24,000 nucleotides of DNA from contig NZ_JQMW01000004.1 in the NCBI RefSeq assembly GCF_000744935.1, positions 86,869-110,868 of the forward strand, in the 5' to 3' direction. The position numbers and the translations under genes were made by a program. The stretch comes from Clostridium sp. KNHs214. Its GTDB lineage: Bacteria; Bacillota; Clostridia; Clostridiales; Clostridiaceae. The stretch's first letter is position 1. Every line of letters begins with the position of its first letter. Under the pieces are notes generated by a model, which saw only the letters and a program-made list of their open reading frames with translations, was not told where the DNA came from and ran no database searches. Below are positions 16,314-23,653 of this stretch, piece by piece.

Positions 16314-17201
16314 TTAATTACTTACTTTTCTCTTTGAATTAGCAAGATATGTATTCCGAGAAAATGGTCCTTTATACGCCTCTTCATCTAAAAATCCAAG
16401 AATAATTTTTACCTGTTCCTTATCATTTGGAATAACAACCTTTTCATCTTTTATATTCACAATTATTCCAGATTCATAAGCCAAATCCTTAATTTCATTT
16501 GCAGAATAATTTTCAAGTACCTTAGAATCGTTAATCATAGCAATTTTTCTTCTATTCCATGTATTTGCCATTCCTTTAAAATTATCTACATTTTCTAAAC
16601 TCAGCTTGTCTGATCCTGCAAAACATTCAACCTCTTGATCTGTTGCCGAACGATAATAGTCACCCAAGTCAAACACCTGCCTTGCAAAGAAAAAAGAAGA
16701 AAACTGTAATTCGCCTTCTGTATAAAAGCAATCAATATTATCAGATATACTAATTCCAAAATTTTTTTCTCTATGAAATGTGTCGTCAGTAAAAAACAGG
16801 TTAAACCATGATGTAGATATATATTGCTCTTTACGAAAACGTTGAAATGCCACTTTAAATTTTTCTGTATCATCTGCCTCTGTTCTTTTTCCAAGAAACA
16901 CAGCCTTTATCTCAAGGAAATTCCCATCTTTCTTTTCATAAACCGTTACTCCTAATGGATCTCTTATTGCATCCTTAATTTTGTCTGCCAGTTGAAAATT
17001 TTCAACAGCCAAGAATTCATCCCTGTGAGGTTTGTAACTTCCATCAAATTTAATCCTTGTTTTGTCAGTAATCAAATCACCTAATGCAGTTTCAAATGCA
17101 CTGCAAATATCTTTTTGCGTATCCGCATCAACATCAAGTCGATATATTTCATTTGCATGGGCGCCAGCAGCAATAATCATTACAGAACAATCCTCAAACA
17201 T
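16314..17201 (-). CDS. kwaB: Kiwa KwaB-like protein (DUF4868)
   Basis: 295-aa soluble protein 4 nt downstream of a 4-TM partner. Size, gene order and the C-terminal ...ILGFLDEEAYKGPFSRNTYLANSKRK pattern fit my memory of DUF4868/KwaB. Confidence 0.65.
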   Translation of the reverse strand: MFEDCSVMIIAAGAHANEIYRLDVDADTQKDICSAFETALGDLITDKTRIKFDGSYKPHRDEFLAVENFQLADKIKDAIRDPLGVTVYEKKDGNFLEIKAVFLGKRTEADDTEKFKVAFQRFRKEQYISTSWFNLFFTDDTFHREKNFGISISDNIDCFYTEGELQFSSFFFARQVFDLGDYYRSATDQEVECFAGSDKLSLENVDNFKGMANTWNRRKIAMINDSKVLENYSANEIKDLAYESGIIVNIKDEKVVIPNDKEQVKIILGFLDEEAYKGPFSRNTYLANSKRKVSN

Positions 17202-17205
17202 ATTA

Positions 17206-17730
17206 TCATCTCCCTGTATCTAAAAGTAAAAAATCAAAAATACGGTTTACAGTCCCTAGATCTTTTGACCTTCTCAATTTTCTCTTACTTATTACTGTAT
17301 ATCCAGACATACCATGTTCACCACTTACTTGGTAAAAGTGATACTGTTTTACCCATAAAAGTGGGTTTGGAATTGATGTATTAACATAGGGTGCTACAAC
17401 AGCAAGTATTACACCTAATATTGCACATATTGTCACATCAAAGTCTTTAATTGCCATACTTGCAAATGGTAATGCATAACTTAACACATACAAAACTACC
17501 CACCCATCATATGGAGAAATATCATTTGTTCTTATTATTATTGGAGCGATGTGTGTTTTTCCATAAGAAAAAGAAACTGAAAACAACACAATGAGTACAA
17601 TTCCAACTGCAATACTAATAAGTGGAACTTTTAATGTTTCCTTTTGCAAATACCAAACCAAAGCAAAGATAAAACTAAGTGGTGCTACTGTAGAAACATT
17701 ATAAATAAATTTCTGTACAATATTTCCCAT
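17206..17730 (-). CDS. kwaA: Kiwa KwaA-like membrane protein
   Basis: 174 aa with four predicted TM helices and a basic cytoplasmic tail. RBS GAGGTGAG lies 5 nt upstream. Immediately precedes the KwaB-like gene. Confidence 0.6.
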   Translation of the reverse strand: MGNIVQKFIYNVSTVAPLSFIFALVWYLQKETLKVPLISIAVGIVLIVLFSVSFSYGKTHIAPIIIRTNDISPYDGWVVLYVLSYALPFASMAIKDFDVTICAILGVILAVVAPYVNTSIPNPLLWVKQYHFYQVSGEHGMSGYTVISKRKLRRSKDLGTVNRIFDFLLLDTGR

Positions 17731-17748
17731 AAAAACTCACCTCACTTT

Positions 17749-18057
17749 TCAAATAATGCTCGTTTTATTTCTTGTTTTTACCACATTCACCCACTTCTTC
17801 TCAAATGAATTAGAACCACCAACATCAAAATATTTTTCAAAGAATACTTTCAGTTTATCCATAACCCTCTATTTTTTCTCTGCCCTACCACCACTGCCAA
17901 ATCTAGAAACAGGTGACATAATCTTCTCAATATCTGTTCCGACTGTCTTAATCTCTCCATCTCGGAATGCATTCTCAATAAACTTTCTAGTGTCCGCTGG
18001 TTTTAGCTTTTCCTCTGTGATAATGGCTTGGAGTTCCTTTTCACGCTGATTTAGCAA
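17749..18057 (-). pseudogene. hsdR: C-terminal remnant of a type I restriction R subunit (HsdR, EcoR124-like C-terminus) with an in-frame TAG
   Basis: ...EEKLKPADTRKFIENAFRDGEIKTVGTDIEKIMSPVSRFGSGGRAEKK*RVMDKLKVFFEKYFDVGG... matches the conserved HsdR C-terminal tail. TAG at 17871-17869 falls where relatives have Gln. No helicase or nuclease part lies upstream. Confidence 0.7.
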
Positions 18058-18142
18058 ACATAAACTTCCAGTTCATGTAACGACCCTAGGGGTACTGCAA
18101 AAAAAAGGTTGCAGCAGAGCAAAAAACTTTTTTGGGTTTCTA
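18052..18142 (+). mobile_element. MITE copy 6 (full length, TA..TA)
   Basis: TA|GCAAACATAAACTTCCAGTTCATGTAACGACCCTAGGGGTACTGCAAAAAAAAGGTTGCAGCAGAGCAAAAAACTTTTTTGGGTTTC|TA. Confidence 0.85.
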
Positions 18143-18158
18143 TAAAACAACTCAGATT

Positions 18159-18732
18159 CTAGTTCAATTTGAATTCTAAAAGCCTTATAACACGCTTTAA
18201 TCTGTTCTTCATTATATCTCTAAATTCTAAAACTTCCTCTTCTTTTATCTCTATAACTTTTTCAATTAATTCATTCCAATAATCATCACGATTAAATTCG
18301 TAAGTATCAATGAATAATTTATTATATTTATTTTCTCTCTGCATATCCTTTTCACAGATTTCTTGCTTTTTATCTTCACGCAATGTATTAGATATCTTCC
18401 ATCTGCTAATAAACCGTTCTTTACCTTGAGTCATATTCTCAACAGCATGTTTCACTGCAAGTCTAGCTAAAACGCTCTCAGCAAATTTGCCTCTTTTATA
18501 ATTAGCATAAGCTTCATTTTCTTTACTTTTTTTATTAAAGTACTCGAATCCTTTTTTTATTTCTGGAGCAATACTTGCTTCCAAAATTGTAAATGCAGTT
18601 GATACTCCTTGAACAAATTGTGCCTGCTGCAATAACAGAACTAGCTAATATTGCTGTTCTATCTAAATTTTCATTCTTCCCGTTAATATATTTAATTAAT
18701 TGTTTTAATGTTTCCTCTTTATATGTGCTCAT
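18159..18732 (-). pseudogene. Unknown ~190-aa gene, apparently frameshifted
   Basis: Track ORFs 18535-18732 (MSTYKEETLKQL...LASSVIAAG) and 18159-18632 (QAQFVQGVSTAFTILEAS...) overlap in frames offset by 1 nt around GCAGCAGGCACAA. Joined, they give one continuous plausible protein. Confidence 0.5.
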
Positions 18733-18999
18733 AATTTATTTCCTTTCATTAAGATATAAATTACTTAAATGCTATTAATTGATTTCTTAAAAATAACAAT
18801 TCATTATAATATTCTACAAACTTCTAGCTTTACCTTTTAAATATCAGTAAATATTCCAATATATTTATATTTTGTCATCGATATACAAAATAAATATTAA
18901 TTTACCATTATACAATTTATAAAACACAAAAGGACCATGAAGTTTTAAGCCATAGCTCTCTTTATGATCTTTTTCTACTTTATATTAAATTTACAACAA

Positions 19000-19196
19000 C
19001 ATATCCCCTTACACCCTATCAAATACCAACTCTTACCTTAACACCATTAATTTCTTCTTTATTCTTAAAATCATCACCTTTTGTGCTAAAGTTAAAAAAG
19101 CTGGTAAAGTACATGAATTCAAGGATTATAATGTATCTTTTGTACTCCCCCCATAAACCCTGACGAAACTCCACCCCGCCAGCCCTAATTTCTCGG
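19000..19196. repeat. Diverged paralogue of the DNA flanking MITE copy 5 (11925-12093 plus 12185-12212), without a MITE
   Basis: By eye, roughly two-thirds to three-quarters identity. Examples: AAGGATTATAATGTATCTTTTGTACTCCCCCCATAAACCCTGACGAA here versus AAGGATTTCTATATATCTTTCTGCACTCCCCACATAAACCCTGACGAA; also TATCCCCTTACACCCTAT versus TATCCCCACACTCTAT. Similarity resumes at AGCCCTA beyond the point where copy 5 is inserted. Confidence 0.5.
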
Positions 19197-19628
19197 TCAA
19201 TTCTAATAAAGTTTGCCTAAATCTATTAGTAATAAGGACTAAATTCCACCTTATTTCTATCATCCTTAACTCCTATTAAGGCGTAGCTGAAGCATCCCAT
19301 TACCATCCTATAAACCTACTAAAACCCTTGCTATATCTCCCTTTAACCCTACTCCCTTTCTCCCTTAAATCTAATTCTGGTCATAAAAAAAGAGCCAAGA
19401 TTTTGCTCTCAGCTCTAGTTTTTGTTTGATTTTTTTAGATATTTCCACCCCTTATGAGGCTTCCACCATGAATTAGTGCAAATTTCAGTGGTTTGGAAGA
19501 ATAGTGGAAAAATCATATATTTCAACCTATCTAAATTGCTTAACCCTTGATTTTCTTAGTTAAGCTCACCACAGTCTCCACATGTGTGTAGACAAGCTAT
19601 AAATACAAATACTCAAAAATAATAATTC

Positions 19629-19659
19629 GACCCCCTAGGTCTTTTTATAAGAGGGGGTT
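19629..19659 (-). terminator. Probable terminator after the HTH/zinc-ribbon gene
   Basis: Minus-strand ACCCCCU-N15-AGGGGGU (7 GC-rich bp) followed by CGAAUUAUUAUUUUU. Confidence 0.45.
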
Positions 19660-19759
19660 CTTGGGTTAAAATTGGCTATATTACCTATTTTGCAATACCC
19701 ACCTTTCTTTATTTCTTCATTTTGCATGTTGCAAATATCCGAAATATACCCTCTTATTT

Positions 19760-20269
19760 TTATACTTCTTCATCTCCAAGTAGCAGTTCTTTAAGCCATT
19801 TAGGTAGTTTACTAACCTTTTTAAATTCTAAGATTTTATCAGCGATTTCTTTAGCGTCTTCTTTCCTCCAAAATCTATCTTTAATGTAACAGTCTCTACA
19901 GCAATACTTAAGGTGCTTAATACCTAAAGACTTAAATTCTTTTCCACAGTAGGAACATTTTAAATTAAAAGCTTTACGATGAGTTTTGTCCCACTTCCTT
20001 TTACATTCCATGGAACAGTATTTCCTCTTTCTCCCCTTGGCATTCTGCTTTATTTCTTTACCACATTGAGGACAGAATATATATATAAATTCTTCCTGCA
20101 TCAATATCTTTCGCTTTAAGGCTAGTTCTTCACCAAAGCCATCTAGTCCATGTCTCCTGCAATAACCTCTTACAGAATCTCTTGATAGTCCTATTTGATC
20201 TGATATCTTTTTATATCCTATCCCCTCTAGCCTCAATTGTCTGATTTTTTCTTTTTGCTCATTAGTCAC
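19760..20269 (-). CDS. DNA-binding protein: N-terminal sigma-70 region-4/resolvase-type HTH plus two CxxC zinc ribbons
   Basis: EKIRQLRLEGIGYKKISDQIGLSRDSVRGYCRRHG is the HTH. It is followed by CPQC..CSMEC and CSYC..CCRDC. Proteins like this accompany serine-recombinase elements in Clostridia (from memory). Confidence 0.75.
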   Translation of the reverse strand: MTNEQKEKIRQLRLEGIGYKKISDQIGLSRDSVRGYCRRHGLDGFGEELALKRKILMQEEFIYIFCPQCGKEIKQNAKGRKRKYCSMECKRKWDKTHRKAFNLKCSYCGKEFKSLGIKHLKYCCRDCYIKDRFWRKEDAKEIADKILEFKKVSKLPKWLKELLLGDEEV

Positions 20270-20392
20270 CTTACATCAGCTCCTTAACAAATAGTAGTCT
20301 AGTAATTGCTCTAAATCAACTATGTGTCAAGAATTTTATTCTTCATTACTTATTTTTTAGGTAGGTATTCTTGTAATAGAGAATTTAAAGAA

Positions 20393-22054
20393 TTAATTGC
20401 TCCTTAAAAAAAATTTATAATTCTCAAGTTCAATACAATCACTATCTATCTCAGCTTTTTTACTTCTAGCTATTTCATATTCGCTCTTTATTTTTGAATA
20501 TAGAGTTTCAAAATAATTATCATATGTTGCATTTTCAAGTGTTTTACATATTTCATTTAACTTATACCAATTACACCATGCAGCTTTCTCATTATTATGG
20601 TTGCAATCTGAAAAATGAGCAAAGTGTCTTCCTACTACGAAAAACTTGTATTTCCAATCTCCATTTAATACTTCTTTTTTAACTCCAAACACATCTGCCT
20701 TATCCTTGATAGTACTTGACGATAACCACTTTGATACATCATCTATCCACTTATTACTTGCGTTAATAAAATTATTCTTTTTACTGTTCCTTTCACTCAT
20801 AGATCCACCAAATGGCTCCTGCCACTTTAATTGAAATACTGCCATTGTTTTAGACTCTGTATCGATAACTAAAGCATCAATATCTGTAAGTCGTCGTTTA
20901 TCTTCATATATATTAATATTTTTATCAATTTTTATAAAGATACCACTATCTTTAATAGTATCATATAGTTGAGTTCTAAAAATCTGTTCCCTTGTGTTTA
21001 TTTCTCGGCTCCAATCCCTTGGAAACCTTCTACTTAGTTGTTGCAACAAACACATAAATGGATCTGTTAAAAATGCCAAATTTGTTCTTAATAACATTTT
21101 GTTTGCAACTTTTAAAAACATAGGATATGTATTGTTAAAATTGTCAACTGAATCAGACAAATCATTTTGATTATAAGTCAAAACATCCATTATTATTTTT
21201 GCTGTATCCTCAGAAATATTTAATGCTGTAGTTAAGGTTTCTATTTCTTCCTCTATAGTATGAAATACGTTAAGAATATCTATTAATTTAATATTAGGAT
21301 TCTGTCTAATCAGCAAATCACAAAAGTCTAAGTGTTTTAAAGTTATACCAATAAAAACAACAATGCTTGCTATGTAGTCCACATATTTTACTCCCCCAAA
21401 CATAGCATCTTCAGGAAAATCATGCTTACCCCAATATGTATCAGAAATACAAGTACCTAAAACTAAATAGAAATCATCTATCTCTTTATTTGCTGAATAT
21501 CCTATATAATGATTTTTATATAAATAAACCATTTTCTCCATAATTTTATGGACATCTTCTATATTCTCCGTAAATGCTAGTACTTTAGGTTGCTCCTCCA
21601 TAAACTTAAAATAGTCATTTCTTTCTTCTTGTTCAATAGGATGACCTTCTACCATAACATTAAATTCATACTCTTTATCCTTGATTTTCTTCAATCCTAT
21701 AAGGTTATACTTCGTCATTGATAGTAATTTTTTTATAGCACATATCTTTGAAAATAACCAAAATACCTGATGACTAAAGCGTTCTATTTCACCACTTGTT
21801 GTAAACAAGGGATACTCATCACGTCTAAAATCTTCATAACATATATTTAAAATATTTGGCCAAGCTCCTAAATAATATGCTGTTAAAGCTTTATTCAATT
21901 TATCTTTGTTACGTAAATTAGTCAAATATAGATAATCAATAATTTTTACAAATTCTATTGTACAAACACATTTATCAAATACTTTTTCTGATAACTTCAC
22001 TTCATAATCGGAAAGAAATAAGGTTAATTCTTCAAATGATTCATTACTATTCAA
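20393..22054 (-). CDS. 553-aa uncharacterised protein with a C-terminal Mrr/NERD-like PD-(D/E)xK-type motif
   Basis: TTG start preceded by GGGGGG. Residues 390-410, TDIDALVIDTESKTMAVFQLKW, fit the D...(Q/E)xK restriction-endonuclease-fold pattern (as in Mrr D..QxK). The ~380-aa N-terminal helical region is unrecognised. Confidence 0.75.
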   Translation of the reverse strand: MNSNESFEELTLFLSDYEVKLSEKVFDKCVCTIEFVKIIDYLYLTNLRNKDKLNKALTAYYLGAWPNILNICYEDFRRDEYPLFTTSGEIERFSHQVFWLFSKICAIKKLLSMTKYNLIGLKKIKDKEYEFNVMVEGHPIEQEERNDYFKFMEEQPKVLAFTENIEDVHKIMEKMVYLYKNHYIGYSANKEIDDFYLVLGTCISDTYWGKHDFPEDAMFGGVKYVDYIASIVVFIGITLKHLDFCDLLIRQNPNIKLIDILNVFHTIEEEIETLTTALNISEDTAKIIMDVLTYNQNDLSDSVDNFNNTYPMFLKVANKMLLRTNLAFLTDPFMCLLQQLSRRFPRDWSREINTREQIFRTQLYDTIKDSGIFIKIDKNINIYEDKRRLTDIDALVIDTESKTMAVFQLKWQEPFGGSMSERNSKKNNFINASNKWIDDVSKWLSSSTIKDKADVFGVKKEVLNGDWKYKFFVVGRHFAHFSDCNHNNEKAAWCNWYKLNEICKTLENATYDNYFETLYSKIKSEYEIARSKKAEIDSDCIELENYKFFLRSN

Positions 22055-22139
22055 TAGTTTCCCCCCAATATCATATTAACTTATACCGACATAAGTTGTA
22101 ATTTGATTTCATTTCTATCTATAAAAGTTGCTATAGATT

Positions 22140-23384
22140 CTAGTACGAATTTTCTTCCACACCAATTCGAACCCTAAATGCTACTGGCACTAAACTAATC
22201 TCATCTTTATTATTTTCAAACGGATTATTGATTCTCCATATTTTAGGATTAGCTGAATTAGCTTCAAAAACTATATACACCCAGTAGTTAATATCATTTT
22301 TTGCTCGTTCTAACTCATTTGCTGTCAAGTAAAAATTAGCATCTCCTGGTTTTGCTCTAGTTGATTTTACTTCTATATAAATTTCATTACCATTTTCATC
22401 AAATGATAATATATCATAACCTGCCGCATCATTTTCTTTTGAGATATGTTTAATAGCTTTTACAAGATTTCTCTTGCCACAAGTCTTAAGCTTATTTATT
22501 TCAGACTGTAAAACTATTAGTTCTCCTCTATCTCCTAGTCTTTTATTATTCCTATTCTTCTCTTCAAAGTCCACTTTTCCGCCACTATTGTTTGTAGAAG
22601 TAGATTTAGTTGTTGGAATGCTTTTAGGCCTTAATTCAATAATTGTGTAATTCACATCACTAATACCCGAAAATACCTCTACCATTGGCTTATTACTATC
22701 AACATCAATTACACCTTTAACTTTATTATTGGTAGGGCTTCCAAATAAATAATATAAGAACTTTCCAAACTTATATATACTCCATGACTTCATTATGGGA
22801 TCATTATTTTTATACTCTAGGATTATTTTCTGCTTATCAATTTCAGAAATCCCTTTTGTAAGTCCTAAGCTTAACTGATTCATAAAGAAATCTAAATGAC
22901 TACTGGAAAAAATATTGAGATAATCGTTAGGATAGTATATAGAGAGTATTTTTCCTTTTAGCATTGGTGATATTAAGTTATTATTAATCTTATCGAAATC
23001 TTTAATGGCACCCGCTTCAATTAAATTAACTATTTCTCTTTTAATTGCTTCAAAGGCTTCTTCTACTGTGTCCCCCCATTTACCAACAATTCTATATTTT
23101 TTCTCCGTATCTGCACCAAAAGTGCCATAGTAAACCCCAAACTTTGTAGCAAAAGCACCTTTCATATTACCCAAGTCTCTCAATTCCGTTTCTATTCTAT
23201 TACAAAACGTGTTTCTGTCACCCTTGCCATTTATATACTCATCTATTTTCATGTTCAATATTGAATCTTTGGAGTAATCGGCAACAAATCTAACTCTTAG
23301 TTCTTCTATTTCCTTTTCCTTATCTACATCTAAAAATTTACTTTCTTCAAAACCTGCTATATGAACTTGATAAGCTATATCCAT
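22140..23384 (-). CDS. DUF3883-domain protein (414 aa) with an unassigned N-terminal domain
   Basis: The last ~130 aa (22140-22532), DRGELIV...AAGYDILSFDENGNEIYIEVKST...FYLTANELERA...YWVYIVF, is the DUF3883 (nuclease-fold) signature. Start moved to ATG 23384 (MDIAYQV...) behind GAGGGAGAG. The track start at 23438 lacks an RBS. Confidence 0.8.
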   Translation of the reverse strand: MDIAYQVHIAGFEESKFLDVDKEKEIEELRVRFVADYSKDSILNMKIDEYINGKGDRNTFCNRIETELRDLGNMKGAFATKFGVYYGTFGADTEKKYRIVGKWGDTVEEAFEAIKREIVNLIEAGAIKDFDKINNNLISPMLKGKILSIYYPNDYLNIFSSSHLDFFMNQLSLGLTKGISEIDKQKIILEYKNNDPIMKSWSIYKFGKFLYYLFGSPTNNKVKGVIDVDSNKPMVEVFSGISDVNYTIIELRPKSIPTTKSTSTNNSGGKVDFEEKNRNNKRLGDRGELIVLQSEINKLKTCGKRNLVKAIKHISKENDAAGYDILSFDENGNEIYIEVKSTRAKPGDANFYLTANELERAKNDINYWVYIVFEANSANPKIWRINNPFENNKDEISLVPVAFRVRIGVEENSY

Positions 23385-23568
23385 AATAATCTCTCCCTCA
23401 CCATAGACTCGTATAAAAATATGCGTACATAATTCCACATGATCAATTTCAGTGAATTTATAACCATATTTTTTGCTTGAAGTTATTTGCTTATTTCCCC
23501 AAATCTCTTAAAAATGATTGCACTAAGCACCAAAAGTAATCAATAGTTTTTTATCTTTTTAAGACTAA

Positions 23569-23597
23569 ATTATAACATTATTTGGCAGAATATTCAA
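23569..23597 (-). promoter_or_regulatory. Candidate promoter for the DUF3883 / 553-aa gene pair
   Basis: Minus strand: -35 TTGAAT (23597-23592), 17-nt spacer, extended -10 TGTTATAAT (23577-23569). Lies just downstream of the recombinase terminator. Confidence 0.45.
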
Positions 23598-23602
23598 TCC
23601 AA

Positions 23603-23643
23603 TCAAAAAACACCGGTCAAGGTAAAATTCACCCCAACCGGTA
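23603..23643 (-). terminator. Strong rho-independent terminator after the serine recombinase gene
   Basis: Minus-strand ACCGGUUGGGGU-GAAUUUU-ACCUUGACCGGU (12 bp, including 3 G.U pairs) followed by GUUUUUUGAUU. It starts 11 nt after the stop at 23654. Confidence 0.7.
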
Positions 23644-23653
23644 TATCTCCAAT

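Noticed and set aside
1160-18142. The repeats as attC-like sites of an integron-type cassette array. The outer ...CAAAC / GTTGC... ends recall RYYYAAC/GTTRRRY, the genes share one orientation, and each repeat lies 3' of a gene.
   Set aside because: Every copy is bracketed by TA..TA like a target-site duplication. Removing copy 3 restores an intact ORF start, and a paralogous empty site exists for copy 5. The fold is two local hairpins plus a short terminal pairing, not one long R-L/L-R bulged hairpin. No IntI-type integrase is in the window. A MITE explains the data better, though a dedicated recombinase elsewhere is not excluded.
17749-18142. First impression that MITE copy 6 truncates hsdR exactly at its boundary.
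   Set aside because: With the MITE and one TA removed, the hsdR-like frame continues six more codons upstream to a TAG that is also the stop of the neighbouring ORF. The truncation point is therefore near the MITE but not at it.
3830-20834. Track ORFs 3830-4099, 4256-4471, 5605-5787, 10620-10805, 11222-11422, 12259-12477, 13041-13235, 15308-15529, 16601-16894, 17115-17384, 17756-18049, 18593-18778, 20494-20682, 20646-20834.
   Set aside because: All are antisense to, or out of frame within, much longer well-supported genes (or run across the MITE). They are rich in F/I/L/N/K, as expected from AT-rich non-coding frames.
11884-22097. The shared 7-mer palindrome arms ATAAGTT/AACTTAT upstream of the SieB-like gene (11884-11899) and between the DUF3883 and 553-aa genes (22078-22097), as a possible common operator.
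   Set aside because: Two occurrences of an all-AT 7-mer in very AT-rich DNA are easily chance, and the arm order and spacing differ.
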